A DNA stretch of 61,709 nt from a virus (lineage: Duplodnaviria; Caudoviricetes). The notes under the pieces were generated by a model that had not been told where the DNA came from, searched no databases, and saw only the letters and a list, made by a program, of their open reading frames with translations. Positions 26,668-37,072 of this stretch are shown here, in pieces (positions within the stretch are counted from its first letter, which is position 1; each line of letters begins with the position of its first letter). Both the position numbers and the translations under genes were made by a program. The stretch is from the IMG/VR virus record IMGVR_UViG_3300047480_000376, positions 1-61,709 of that record; one strand, 5' to 3'.

Positions 26668-26675
26668 TATTTATA
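26668..26675 (-). promoter_or_regulatory. T4-type late promoter
   Basis: TATAAATA. Confidence 0.75.
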
Positions 26676-26688
26676 TGCTTCAGGAGAT

Positions 26689-26716
26689 AAAAAAAGAGGG
26701 ACCGAAGTCCCTCTTT
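26689..26716 (-). terminator. Terminator after gene 23
   Basis: GAGGGAC-TTCG-GTCCCTC followed by a T run. Confidence 0.9.
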
Positions 26717-26749
26717 CTCTTACTTTATAATTGTTATTATGTCGTAAGA

Positions 26750-28132
26750 TTAAGCGTTGTCTAGTAAACCAGCAACCTTGAAGATACGGAAGTACACGTT
26801 TGTACGGTTTAGACCAGTATCGTTTACTGGAGCTGAACCTGGATTGCTGAATGGGTTAGCAATCATGCCATAACGTGTTTTGAAACCGATCTTAGGTTGG
26901 AATGTACCTTGATCAACTGCACGAACCATTGTTAATGGAACGTATGGAGCGTAGAACATACCAGCGTCATATGGGTTTGTACCACGGTAACCAACTGTTA
27001 CATAGTCAGTAGAAGCATATGGGTCGATGTAGACCTTGATGCGACCATTCAATGTACCAGCAAATGTGTTACCTGTGTCATCAACTGCTAAATCAACTGA
27101 CATAGCTGGGTTGTATACTAACATACCAGATGCTGCTAATGCTGTAGCAACGTCAGATGAACAGATGATGAAGTTACCTTTACCACGACGTGTTTCTTTA
27201 GCGATACGGTTAGCTTCGCGGTCGATCTGAACTAGAAGACCTTTGAACTTTTCAACTGACCAACGGCCGTCGGCGTCAGTAACTAGGTTGAATGTACCAG
27301 CTGAAGTGATGTTAGCTGTCTGAGCACCTAACTTAGCTTTAACGTTGATAGTACGGATGACTTCGCGGTTAATTTCAGCAAGAATTTCTGCTGAAAGGAT
27401 GTTAGCTAATTCAGTCTCAGCGTCAAGACCGTGAACTGCTTTAAGGTCTTGTGCTAATTCCATTGTGTACTCAGCTTTTAGAGCACGTGTCTTAGCTGTT
27501 ACAGTTGCTTTCTCGATAGAGAATGCCATTTGAGCAAAGCTGTTAGATGATGCGTCACCTAATGCTTCACCTTCAGCTGTTGTCATACCGCCGCCAACGC
27601 CGAATGCGTCTTCAACTGTATCAGCTGCTGATGTACCTGCTGTACCTGAACCGCCTGTGTTAACAGTTGTGTCAGTACCTGGTAGAGAAGATGGATCACC
27701 ACCGTGTGTGCCGTTCTTAGGAGTACCTGAAGCGCCGTTGAATGAAGAAGAAGAGAAATCTGTATCTGCTTCGTTGTAAAGAGCTTCTGTACCGCTTTGT
27801 GATGTGTAACGTGACTTCATCGCGAAGATCAAGCCAGTTGGGCCGCTCATTGGCTGAACACCAGCAACATCATAAGCGATTAGGTTAGGCATAGAACGAC
27901 GAACCAAGCTGATAAGGATTGGGTCGAAGTTAGCGATGCTTGCGCCAGTTGCGTTTGTTGGAGCTGCTTCTGTTAAGTAGCCTTGTGCTGCGCGCTCTTC
28001 TGCAAGAGCTTTTTCTTGGTTCTCAAGAATAACCGCTGTAACTGCGCGGCGATATGGGTCTTTAATTGGTGCTAGTTCTGGGTGATCTAGTACTTCTTCC
28101 CATTTTTTCTGTGCATTTTCTGCTAAAAACAT
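26750..28132 (-). CDS. 23: Major capsid protein
   Basis: ILENQE, FDPILISLVRR, GVQPMSGPTGLIFAM, KAEYTMELAQDLKAVHGLDAE, FQPKIGFKTRYG. Confidence 0.98.
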   Translation of the reverse strand: MFLAENAQKKWEEVLDHPELAPIKDPYRRAVTAVILENQEKALAEERAAQGYLTEAAPTNATGASIANFDPILISLVRRSMPNLIAYDVAGVQPMSGPTGLIFAMKSRYTSQSGTEALYNEADTDFSSSSFNGASGTPKNGTHGGDPSSLPGTDTTVNTGGSGTAGTSAADTVEDAFGVGGGMTTAEGEALGDASSNSFAQMAFSIEKATVTAKTRALKAEYTMELAQDLKAVHGLDAETELANILSAEILAEINREVIRTINVKAKLGAQTANITSAGTFNLVTDADGRWSVEKFKGLLVQIDREANRIAKETRRGKGNFIICSSDVATALAASGMLVYNPAMSVDLAVDDTGNTFAGTLNGRIKVYIDPYASTDYVTVGYRGTNPYDAGMFYAPYVPLTMVRAVDQGTFQPKIGFKTRYGMIANPFSNPGSAPVNDTGLNRTNVYFRIFKVAGLLDNA

Positions 28133-28147
28133 TTTATGTTTTCCTTT

Positions 28148-29221
28148 TTATTTCTTAATAGTACGGGAGATGGCAGCCATGTAAGCTGACATGCGTGGAG
28201 AAGTTGTCTGCTCTTCTGCTGCTTGCTCTTCAGTCTCTTCAGTTACTGTCTCAACAGTAGCTGCTGGTTTGAAGTGAGCTTCTTTAACAATAGAAACTTT
28301 CTTAGAGAATGCTTCTGCGTTTTCGAAGTCGATACCTTCAATTAAAGACTTTAGTTTTTCAGCTTCAGTAGTAACCATGCCTTCAGTAGCTTCGCGAACA
28401 ATCTTATCACGTGTCAATTCTTCAACTGACGCAGATAGGCTAACTGATTTCTCAGTTGCTGCTTGTAATTGCTCTTCAAGTTCTGCAACTTGCTCTGCTA
28501 AACCGTCGACTAGGTCAGCCTTACCTTCTGGGACTTCAACATAGTGCTCAACGAACACTTGTTTTAGGGAGTCGATGAAACTCTCAGCGATTTCGGCACG
28601 TAAGCCAGTTTCAACTGCAAGTTCATTTTCTTCCATCCACTGTTCAACAACATAGTTAAGATAACCATCGATCTTCTCAACTAGTTCTGAACGAATAGCT
28701 TGGACTTCTTCGTCTAATTTAGATTGATACTGCTCTTCTAGCTTGTGTGTTTCCACTGCTACACGTGATGTTAAAGCTGCGTTGAAGAGGATCTCAGATT
28801 TCTCTTTGAACTCTTCTGATAAGTTAGCGTCTGCTGCAACCAAAGCTTTTAGGTCTTCTGTTACATCAATCGCAACTGGAGCTTCTTTTTCACCTTCAGA
28901 TTGTTCTACGAACAACTGAGTGTAGATAGCTTGAAGATCTTCTTTTTTCATGCTAGACAGTTTTTCAACTGTAGCTGCGATGATACCCGATTTAGTCTTT
29001 GGTGCTTCAGCTGTCTTTGTTGCTCCTAGATCGTCAAGAGTTTTCTTCTTGTCGTCTTGGAAGTCAGCGTCTTGGCCAAACTTAGCAGACTTAGCGTCTC
29101 CTTTAGTTGCGATCGATGCTGCTGCATCGCCTTCAGCCAATTGTTCCTCAGAAACTTCAACGAGTTGTTCATCACTAAGCTTTTCGTCTAGCTGATCATT
29201 TTTCAGATCTTTTTGTGACAT
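28148..29221 (-). CDS. 22: Prohead core scaffold
   Basis: LSEEFKEK...F.AA, YLNYVVEQWMEEN.LAVE.G.R.EIAE.F. Confidence 0.93.
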   Translation of the reverse strand: MSQKDLKNDQLDEKLSDEQLVEVSEEQLAEGDAAASIATKGDAKSAKFGQDADFQDDKKKTLDDLGATKTAEAPKTKSGIIAATVEKLSSMKKEDLQAIYTQLFVEQSEGEKEAPVAIDVTEDLKALVAADANLSEEFKEKSEILFNAALTSRVAVETHKLEEQYQSKLDEEVQAIRSELVEKIDGYLNYVVEQWMEENELAVETGLRAEIAESFIDSLKQVFVEHYVEVPEGKADLVDGLAEQVAELEEQLQAATEKSVSLSASVEELTRDKIVREATEGMVTTEAEKLKSLIEGIDFENAEAFSKKVSIVKEAHFKPAATVETVTEETEEQAAEEQTTSPRMSAYMAAISRTIKK

Positions 29222-29239
29222 TCAAATCACTCCTTAGTG

Positions 29240-29887
29240 TTAAAGTTTAGAGAGGAAATGTTGGAAAACACGTACTTGAGCTTCAGCGAGCTGAGCCTTT
29301 GGAGTTTTCTTAATTTCAGTCTCAATCTTTTCAATTTCTTGGGGTTTGTAAACACCGTTTTCCCAAATCCATTCTACACCTTCCATGATTCCGTTAACGA
29401 AAGCAGCTGGTGCAGAAGGGTCCTGGACGATGTCGACGGTTGCTAAGTGAAAATCATCTTTCACATAGTTTACACCGTTACGCTCCTCAAGACTACCCAT
29501 ACCACGAGATGATACTCCTAATTTTACACCACCCTCGAGTAAACCTTTTACGATTTGACCCATTGGAGTGTTTAGGATTTTTGCCTTACCGATCACGTTA
29601 GAACCTTCTATACGAAGATCTACGATACGGTGAGAAACTTTGTCTAGGTTGATAGTTGGACCATCAGGATGGTTTAATTCACCAACTGCTCTACCTGTTT
29701 TAACTTGCTCTTCGATATATTTTTCGACAGCAGGTTGTAATATCTTTGATTCATAAACGCGCTTATTGCGATTAGGCTGGTCAGCCATCATGAAGATGCC
29801 TTCAATAAAGAAGTCTTTTGTGCCGTTCTGCTTTGCTTCAGTAACGACTTGGATATCGGATTCCATGCGTTCTAATATTAACTTCAT
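29240..29887 (-). CDS. 21: Prohead protease
   Basis: IEGIF, NRNKRVY, GELNHP, GVSSRGMGS, D.V.DPSAP.AFV. Confidence 0.96.
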   Translation of the reverse strand: MKLILERMESDIQVVTEAKQNGTKDFFIEGIFMMADQPNRNKRVYESKILQPAVEKYIEEQVKTGRAVGELNHPDGPTINLDKVSHRIVDLRIEGSNVIGKAKILNTPMGQIVKGLLEGGVKLGVSSRGMGSLEERNGVNYVKDDFHLATVDIVQDPSAPAAFVNGIMEGVEWIWENGVYKPQEIEKIETEIKKTPKAQLAEAQVRVFQHFLSKL

Positions 29888-30093
29888 TCGTCGCTTTCCA
29901 TTGCCTCTATTGCGTCTTTAGCAGCTTCATCTGCTGCTGACTTTGTTCTAAAATATTCTACTTCTAAGTCATTAATGGTAACGGCAAAAAGACCATTAGT
30001 TGTCTGTTTGACATCAACTTTGGTCCCGTCGCTAGTTTTGTATTCAACTAAACTAGCTTCCCTTAACGATTTAAACTTCTTCTGATCCATCAT
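29884..30093 (-). CDS. Small prohead core protein (gp68 position)
   Basis: Synteny between genes 20 and 21. Confidence 0.5.
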   Translation of the reverse strand: MMDQKKFKSLREASLVEYKTSDGTKVDVKQTTNGLFAVTINDLEVEYFRTKSAADEAAKDAIEAMESDE

Positions 30094-30316
30094 TTGATGA
30101 TACCGTCTCTTCAGTGCCAGATTCTGCATCATCAACAGCATCAGAAGATTCTTGTTCTATTGCATCACCGTAAATACGCTGAGCTAACTCAATCTTCCTT
30201 GCTTGAAGGCTATCATTAATCTTCACATCCATAGCAGTCTTAAAAGCCGCATTCATCTTTTCTTGATCACCCGATGCAATCGCATCTAGTAGACCATTGG
30301 CTAATTCACTCATCAT
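30071..30316 (-). CDS. Small acidic prohead core protein (gp67-like)
   Basis: Acidic tail; synteny. Confidence 0.6.
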   Translation of the reverse strand: MMSELANGLLDAIASGDQEKMNAAFKTAMDVKINDSLQARKIELAQRIYGDAIEQESSDAVDDAESGTEETVSSNDGSEEV

Positions 30317-30331
30317 TGCCCTCTTTCAATA

Positions 30332-30339
30332 TATTTATA
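30332..30339 (-). promoter_or_regulatory. T4-type late promoter
   Basis: TATAAATA. Confidence 0.75.
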
Positions 30340-30351
30340 ATATTACGCTTT

Positions 30352-31953
30352 TCAAGCGCCAGCTAATGGGTTAGCTGGATTATCTGGAGTAGGTTCCTCA
30401 GGAGCCTGATCTCCACCTTCTGCAGCCTGCTGTTGCATAGCTGCTAGTTCTTCTTGTGATGGAGGCTCTTGCTCCATCTCTGCATCCATAGCTTCAATCT
30501 CTTCATCGGTTTGACGAAGGATGTTCTTACGGATCCAAGCACGAGAATAATACTTGCCAACAAATGGGTCAACAAGTTGCAATGTCTGCATACGTTCTCT
30601 TAATACTTCGCTTTCTTTAAGCTCACTGAAATAGTTATCGTGTCTAAAGTCAACACGAATTCTTTCCTTCATCTTTTCCCAATCTTCTGTGGTGATAACA
30701 CCTTTTAGAAGAAGTTGAGTTCTTAATGCTTGAAGGAATAAGTCAGAGAATTTTAGTCTTAGGCGACCTACAAATTTGCTGAACTTTAATTCATCACGAG
30801 AGATTTCATTTGAGCGACCTAACGAGAATCCTGTCTCTGTCTCCATACGAGACATAGGAACATTCAATGAACGATATAGTTTCTTTTGGAAATAAATGAT
30901 GTCTTCAATCTGACCAAGGTTCTCGCCTCCAGGTAAAGTAGAAATCTCAGTACCTTTACCGCCTTCGCGACGTGGTAGCCAGAAGTCTTCCAACATGGCC
31001 ATATGTTTACGATCATCGCGGATCTCACCAGTTGTAGCATCGTAAACGATCTTGTTTTTATATCGAGCCATGATATCACGCAGATATGCCTCAGCTTTAC
31101 CTTTAGGCAAGTTACCAACATCGATATAGAATATGCGGCGTTCTGGTGCACGTGACATACGATAGATGACTAAAGAGTCTTCCATCATACGCAATTGATT
31201 TACTGGCTTTAGTGCTTTGTATAAGTGCGATAACATCTTCTTAGATGTATGATCGACCATACCTGAAGGTACGTATAAGATCGAGTCTTTAGCGATCTTA
31301 AGGCCTTGTGTGTTCTTAACCATGCCGCTTGCACCGCCAGGTCCATAGCCGCCAGTCATGAATGTTTCTTGATATACGTAGAATTCGTTAAAGCCTTTTA
31401 CTAGTCTTGCACCAGTCTTAGGATCTTTATCTTCAACGATCTGTCTAACTTTTCTGATCTTAATAGCATCAATAGGACGAAGCTCTAATAGACCATTCTT
31501 TGGATTCTTTTCATCAATGATCATATGATAGTAAAGTCTACCATCAACGTACCATTTGCGGAATATGTCATGTGAGTTGTTGTTGAACTTTAATAAGCCA
31601 ACAATATTATTGAACTCTTCCTTCATGATCTTCTTAACTTTGTCACTGTAATCGGTTAAGTTGTCAGTTATCAAGTCTAAGATCTTGTTTTTATCGTCTG
31701 CGACGATAGCTTCATTAACGATATCCGTGATAGCTGCATCGCATTCAGGATAAAGCGATATCTCGCGGTACTTCTTAATTAAGTCCGCATCGTCTTTAGC
31801 CTTAACACCCTCGATATCTACGTACTGACCAAAATAACCGCCCTCGGCGACAACTGTGGCACCGTCAGCGATATCAGGAGCAACGAAAGATTGTTTTCTT
31901 TCTTGTTCCTTCTCTTCTTTTTTACGAGATATTTCGAAGCCGAATAATTCCAT
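30352..31953 (-). CDS. 20: Portal protein
   Basis: WYVDGR, NQLRMMEDSLVIYR.SRAPERRIFYIDVGN, EDFWLPRREGG.GTEI.TLPG. Confidence 0.98.
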   Translation of the reverse strand: MELFGFEISRKKEEKEQERKQSFVAPDIADGATVVAEGGYFGQYVDIEGVKAKDDADLIKKYREISLYPECDAAITDIVNEAIVADDKNKILDLITDNLTDYSDKVKKIMKEEFNNIVGLLKFNNNSHDIFRKWYVDGRLYYHMIIDEKNPKNGLLELRPIDAIKIRKVRQIVEDKDPKTGARLVKGFNEFYVYQETFMTGGYGPGGASGMVKNTQGLKIAKDSILYVPSGMVDHTSKKMLSHLYKALKPVNQLRMMEDSLVIYRMSRAPERRIFYIDVGNLPKGKAEAYLRDIMARYKNKIVYDATTGEIRDDRKHMAMLEDFWLPRREGGKGTEISTLPGGENLGQIEDIIYFQKKLYRSLNVPMSRMETETGFSLGRSNEISRDELKFSKFVGRLRLKFSDLFLQALRTQLLLKGVITTEDWEKMKERIRVDFRHDNYFSELKESEVLRERMQTLQLVDPFVGKYYSRAWIRKNILRQTDEEIEAMDAEMEQEPPSQEELAAMQQQAAEGGDQAPEEPTPDNPANPLAGA

Positions 31954-31979
31954 TTTTTACCTTTTTCTTATAACAAAGC

Positions 31980-32003
31980 GGAGAGAGGATTTCTCCCCTC
32001 TCC
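31980..32003 (-). terminator. GAAA-tetraloop hairpin after gene 19 (weak terminator or processing site)
   Basis: GGAGAGGGGA-GAAA-TCCTCTCTCC; poor U tract. Confidence 0.55.
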
Positions 32004-32019
32004 TATTTACCAACTCTAA

Positions 32020-32547
32020 TTAAGACGTTGTATCAGATTCCCAGTACTGAACTTGCAGTTCAACTGTAAATTCTTCAACTTGGTCTGTTGATTCATATGA
32101 TACTTCAATCGCTGACATAGCAGTTGGGAATGTACCACGGAAGCGATACACTTTAACCTCATTACCTGCTTTATCAAGCTGAGCAATTTCCATGTCAGCT
32201 TGATAATCAACCGGGTTTGTAAGACCTGTGTTAGCGCTGTGTTGGTTAATACCATTCATCCAACGCTCAAATGCATTACGCACCTTGAAGTCGATGTCAT
32301 TGATAACTGTAATTGTCCAAGGCTCGAATGTACGATCGCCTGCTATAATTACTTGACGTCCACGGAATGGAACGTTAATTGCACCAATAGTAGATGCTGG
32401 TAACTGTGCTGCTTTAACCATGAATGAAGTTAACTCTACATCACCACCAGCGTAAGCTGGGAAGTTTACTGTAGCTTTAAACAGGTTAGGACGGGCACCA
32501 CCACCTACGAGTTTGGCTTTAAAATCATCTACGCCTAGAACCGCCAT
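32020..32547 (-). CDS. 19: Tail tube protein
   Basis: GGGARPNLF, AAQLP, GDRTFEPWTITV.ND. Confidence 0.96.
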   Translation of the reverse strand: MAVLGVDDFKAKLVGGGARPNLFKATVNFPAYAGGDVELTSFMVKAAQLPASTIGAINVPFRGRQVIIAGDRTFEPWTITVINDIDFKVRNAFERWMNGINQHSANTGLTNPVDYQADMEIAQLDKAGNEVKVYRFRGTFPTAMSAIEVSYESTDQVEEFTVELQVQYWESDTTS

Positions 32548-32549
32548 GA

Positions 32550-34238
32550 TTAACCCCCAATCTCTGCAAAGTCAACGCCTGTACGAGTAGCGATGAAGTT
32601 CAGAGTAATAAAGTTAATTGAACGTGCTGGCTTGATGTAGATATCTGCAACGAATTGGTTACTATCAATGATCTCGCCAGTGTTGTTTGTCTCGTCACAA
32701 ACAACTCTAAAGTCAGTAATACCACGACGACCTTGAATTTCACGTAGGAATGGTTCTGTCATGTTTCTGAACATAGCACGAGTAAACTCATCGTTAAGCT
32801 CGAACAACTGGTATTTAGCAGCTGTAGAGATTGCTTTTTGCAATACGATGAATAGACGACGTACGTTGATACGATCGAATGCTGATGGCTTGCTTAGAAG
32901 AGTCTTGTCACCAAACAATACTGTACCTTCACCTGGGAATGATACGATTGGGTTAACACGCTTCTTGTATAAGTCATCACGTTCTGCTTTCTTAGGATTG
33001 AAAGCTACTTTTGTTACTCCCAACAACTGACCACGTGTGAAGCCACCTGGTGAGAACCAAGCGTCTGCAACGTTATCTGTGTTAGCACATAAACCAGCCA
33101 TATGGCCGCAAGCAGGGATCCAACGATAAACGTCGTTATACTTGTCATAGATCTTCAACGCTGTTGAGTCGATGAAGCCGTATGATGTTGAAGTTAATGT
33201 GTCAGCGAAAGCAATTACATCCTCTTTTGGAGTTGTTGATGCTGCTGTTGCTGATACTGGAGGAGAGACGAATGCAATAACGTCTTTACGGTTTTCTGCA
33301 ACCGCAAGTAAGTTAGCAGCCTGAGTTTCTCCAGCTTCTCCGTCTAATGTAGGAGCACCGATCAATAAGTTAACATCAACAGTTTCAGAGTCATTGAATA
33401 CTTGGAAACCAGTATCAATATCACCTTCGTCAACTGTAGAACCGTTTGCACCACCAGCTAAGTCTTTTTCGAAGACTGTATCAAGTGTTGTGAATGTACG
33501 GTTTGCTGTTTGACCAGCATTTGTTAAACCTGTTGGATGATCTAACCACCATAGGTAATTAGATGTTGCATTGATAACTTCTTTGTAATAGTTTGAAGTA
33601 CCATCGAATTTCTTAGCATCAGATGCTTGTGATACGTAAGCAAACTTCTCTAGTACTGTACCTTCTACACCGCTAACTAGACCATCACGGTCGATAACGA
33701 TGATGTGCATCTCATCTGCAGAACCACCTTTATTTGCTGTATAAGCAGAAGTTGTTGGAGCAGAATCGAACTGGTCTGCATAGTCCCAAAGGTCGTATGC
33801 AGTTGCATTTGTTACTACAGATACAGTGATAGAATTACCTAATGCGCCAGCATGACGTGCAGCAAATGCGCCGTCAGAAGCTTCGCCATTACCATAGTTT
33901 GATTCGTAATGATCGGTATTCTTGATTAAAAGTCCAACACCGTCACCTGTTGTACCAGCTGTTGCATTTTTTGCACCGGTACCGGCAACGCGGACTACCT
34001 TAAGATTGTTACCGTATTTTAAGAAAGCTGCAGCATTAAAGAAATAAGCTGCGGTATCTGCGTTTGGAACACCAAACTTATCTACTAATTCTTTCTCAGA
34101 AGTAACGGTTACAATCTCCTCTATCGGACCTCTTACGCCAGTAATTACTGTAGCCCCAATTGAAGTAGAGACCGCAGGTACGACGTTTGTGAGATCGATT
34201 TCGCGTATTGCTACGCCAGGAGAAACTTGAAAAGCCAT
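32550..34238 (-). CDS. 18: Tail sheath protein
   Basis: SPGV..RE.D, WFSPGG..RG, GDKT...PSAFDRINVRRLF, KPARSINFI.LNF. Confidence 0.97.
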   Translation of the reverse strand: MAFQVSPGVAIREIDLTNVVPAVSTSIGATVITGVRGPIEEIVTVTSEKELVDKFGVPNADTAAYFFNAAAFLKYGNNLKVVRVAGTGAKNATAGTTGDGVGLLIKNTDHYESNYGNGEASDGAFAARHAGALGNSITVSVVTNATAYDLWDYADQFDSAPTTSAYTANKGGSADEMHIIVIDRDGLVSGVEGTVLEKFAYVSQASDAKKFDGTSNYYKEVINATSNYLWWLDHPTGLTNAGQTANRTFTTLDTVFEKDLAGGANGSTVDEGDIDTGFQVFNDSETVDVNLLIGAPTLDGEAGETQAANLLAVAENRKDVIAFVSPPVSATAASTTPKEDVIAFADTLTSTSYGFIDSTALKIYDKYNDVYRWIPACGHMAGLCANTDNVADAWFSPGGFTRGQLLGVTKVAFNPKKAERDDLYKKRVNPIVSFPGEGTVLFGDKTLLSKPSAFDRINVRRLFIVLQKAISTAAKYQLFELNDEFTRAMFRNMTEPFLREIQGRRGITDFRVVCDETNNTGEIIDSNQFVADIYIKPARSINFITLNFIATRTGVDFAEIGG

Positions 34239-34317
34239 TTTTCTCTACCTCGATTTAGTTATATGGATTGTTGAGAGCATAATATGTTTCATAATAAGAA
34301 TTAGTCACATCTACATA

Positions 34318-34325
34318 TATTTATA
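34318..34325 (-). promoter_or_regulatory. T4-type late promoter
   Basis: TATAAATA upstream of gene 18. Confidence 0.75.
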
Positions 34326-34337
34326 AGTTAGCGCTTT

Positions 34338-35423
34338 TTAGCCATCAAAGCGATATATCTTGCTCTTGGAGATCTGCACATACTCATCTGGGTTTTGTAT
34401 TCCATTATCAAGAACTACATCTTCCCCGCTGCCTATAGAAGGTTTCTTTCTTTTAGGTGTAGCGGGAGCCTTTCTAGGCTTCTTAGGTACAGTAGGCTTT
34501 TTCTTTGGCTTTGGCTTAGTGACCGGTTTCTTTTTTGGTATACTTGGAATAGGCTTCTTTGGTTTAAGAGGCTTCTTCGGTTTTCTTGGCGTTAATGCAG
34601 AAGGAACCTGTTGCATGACATTTTCCTCTTTCTTCTCATCAATAGGTGCTACTTTTTCAATGCTTTTAGGAGGAGCATTTTTCCTCATTTCCATGTTTGC
34701 CGCTATCAGTAGCAGGATAGCCAATGGATCAAAGACGAATATGATTAAAACAATCATTAAGCGTACTGCTTTATCTATCATTTCATTTGTAGACTCGCCA
34801 TATACTAGTTCAGCTACATACTTGATTGGTCCTACTTCAGCTTCTATCTTATTGAGTTCAGCTGATAATGGTAGACGCTCTTCATTAAGTACACTGAGTC
34901 TTTTCTGCTCGGCTTCGATGGCTGCCAAGAGCCTTTTGCGTTCAGTTTGTTGCGAGCGGCGCAGTGCAGTTGCCTTACTAGCACCCTCTTCTGATGTCGA
35001 GCGTGCCATAGTTTGGTCCACTGCCTCATCCAACTGTTTAAGAGCTTTGCGCGATTGTTCAATATTTTCTTTTGATGTCTTAATTTTTTCATCGATCAAC
35101 TTTACTTGGTCAGCATTACCACCAATTATCACAGCTTGTTCTAAGTGTGCTTTAGACAAATAACCAAAAATACCCATAGAGGTAATCAATGACAAGATTA
35201 AGACAGCAGACGTAAAGTAATATTTTAAAAACTTCGGTGCTTCTTTCCAGTTTCTGTATAACCATGATGCTGCGACTAGTTTACCAGCAGCAAGCGCACA
35301 ACCCAATACGATAGCACCTACTGGATTAGACGCAAATATCGCAACCAATCCAGCAATAGCATAATACTCAGCGACTGCTGATATTAAAAATGCTGTTGCG
35401 AATAGTATGGTTGCAAATGTCAT
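34338..35423 (-). CDS. Membrane protein with coiled coil and Pro/Lys-rich tail
   Basis: About three N-terminal TM helices, ITSMGIFGYLSKAH, EAEVGPIKY, IFVFDPLA, KPKK repeats. Confidence 0.8.
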   Translation of the reverse strand: MTFATILFATAFLISAVAEYYAIAGLVAIFASNPVGAIVLGCALAAGKLVAASWLYRNWKEAPKFLKYYFTSAVLILSLITSMGIFGYLSKAHLEQAVIIGGNADQVKLIDEKIKTSKENIEQSRKALKQLDEAVDQTMARSTSEEGASKATALRRSQQTERKRLLAAIEAEQKRLSVLNEERLPLSAELNKIEAEVGPIKYVAELVYGESTNEMIDKAVRLMIVLIIFVFDPLAILLLIAANMEMRKNAPPKSIEKVAPIDEKKEENVMQQVPSALTPRKPKKPLKPKKPIPSIPKKKPVTKPKPKKKPTVPKKPRKAPATPKRKKPSIGSGEDVVLDNGIQNPDEYVQISKSKIYRFDG

Positions 35424-37072
35424 GATGGGTTTTCTGGGTCAGGGAAGTTAAACTCCCTCCAAACTTGTCCTTCGTTATCTACGTGTACTTTTTCTAATTC
35501 TTCTCTACCATCATCTGTATATCCAAATGGTAGTACATCATCTTCAATTTGTTTTGCTTGTTGTGAATATATGTATTGTCTCATGGTTGCATCGATTGAC
35601 TCATTAAACATTGGAGTCGCAGAGAACCATCCAAACAAAACTAAGTTCATCATTAAGTCGTCATGCATGCCGACCATAGCTTCATATGACTGACCCTTTG
35701 CTACAAAGGTTGACATCTCAACTATCGTCTCTGCATCAACAATCTCTAGTTTATGTTGCTCTACTAAGTCTTTGATGTGTGAGCAACCAATCTTCTTAGT
35801 ACGTCTATCCATATAAACGCCAATGGCATCAGCTTTAATACCATTTGACGTATAGACGTTCTCGTATTCTAAGTCATAGAATAAACCATTACATACGACT
35901 TGACCTGCATCATTATTCTCAATAACAACTAAAGCTTTATTGTATAGATTAGCATATTTATAAATGACATCTGGGAACAATAACGGAGATATTAAGTTAT
36001 CCCTAAATGTGGCTACTTGTCTAAATGGCTTTACTGTTGTATCAATGATAGTAAACGTAGAGTAGTCTTGTCCTCTGCCCTTAGATACGTCGACCATCAT
36101 AATATATGCATGATCTTTAGAATCTAGTTCGTCCTTAGACTTCTTAATGGGTGTCTCATAGACATTGACGTTATTCATTGAATATAATGGTTGTTTTGCT
36201 TTCAATGACAACAGTGTATTCGCGTTAATCAGTGTGTTACCAGTGCCATGGAAGTTATTACCAAATTCTTGGTCGAACTGCAATTCAGACGTGTTAGCAA
36301 TAGTCTGACGCTTCCAATCCTCATCACGACCTGGAACGTCCCACCAATCAACTCTAAAGGCTTTGAATTCGTTAGTACCTTGTACAGCACCTTCCCACAA
36401 CTTATGGAAAGTATTACCTAAACCGTTTGCAGTTGATGTAATAATAACTCGAGTAGTCTTACCTGATGTAATTACTGGATATGTAGATGTATAGAATGTG
36501 GCATCATTATCAACGAACGCAAATTCGTCAAGGAACAGTAAGTTAACTGACATACCACGAATCGAGTTACCTGATGTTGCAGCTGCAACGATACGAGAGT
36601 TATTAGAGAACTCAATCGATTTTTTGTTTAGCGTCTTACAACCAGGTTGCAAGAAGAATGGTAAGTTTTCAAGAGCAAGCGTAATACGACCTAACATCTC
36701 TTGTGCAGTTGCACCTTTGTTTGCTAAGATAGCAATCGTTTGTTCTGGTTTAAAGATCGCATACCACAAGATGTATACAACAGATGAAATAGATTTACCA
36801 GACTGACGACAAGCAAGTACAATAGAGAATCGATTATTGTTAAAATGATCGAACATCTCATGCTGATATGGGTATAATTCAAACGGAACAAGACCTTTAT
36901 CGAGGTTGATGATCTTAATGTACTTTTCTGCAAAGTACGCAGGATCATTCATACATCGAATGTATTCTTGTAGTTCGTCTTGGGAGAAGGTTTGTTGGAC
37001 GCCGTCACGTTTAACTAACGGGTTACCAAGGTAACCGAACTCGTTATTCGTTAGGCTTGTTAATGTCGACAT
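35420..37072 (-). CDS. 17: Terminase large subunit
   Basis: RQSGKS, ILANK, LDEFAF, TSTANG, DVS.GRGQDYS, HDDL.M. Confidence 0.97.
   Translation of the reverse strand: MSTLTSLTNNEFGYLGNPLVKRDGVQQTFSQDELQEYIRCMNDPAYFAEKYIKIINLDKGLVPFELYPYQHEMFDHFNNNRFSIVLACRQSGKSISSVVYILWYAIFKPEQTIAILANKGATAQEMLGRITLALENLPFFLQPGCKTLNKKSIEFSNNSRIVAAATSGNSIRGMSVNLLFLDEFAFVDNDATFYTSTYPVITSGKTTRVIITSTANGLGNTFHKLWEGAVQGTNEFKAFRVDWWDVPGRDEDWKRQTIANTSELQFDQEFGNNFHGTGNTLINANTLLSLKAKQPLYSMNNVNVYETPIKKSKDELDSKDHAYIMMVDVSKGRGQDYSTFTIIDTTVKPFRQVATFRDNLISPLLFPDVIYKYANLYNKALVVIENNDAGQVVCNGLFYDLEYENVYTSNGIKADAIGVYMDRRTKKIGCSHIKDLVEQHKLEIVDAETIVEMSTFVAKGQSYEAMVGMHDDLMMNLVLFGWFSATPMFNESIDATMRQYIYSQQAKQIEDDVLPFGYTDDGREELEKVHVDNEGQVWREFNFPDPENPS

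Noticed and set aside
34360-35163. 267-aa plus-strand ORF
   Set aside because: Antisense shadow of the Pro/Lys-rich membrane gene; no SD, promoter or recognisable motif.
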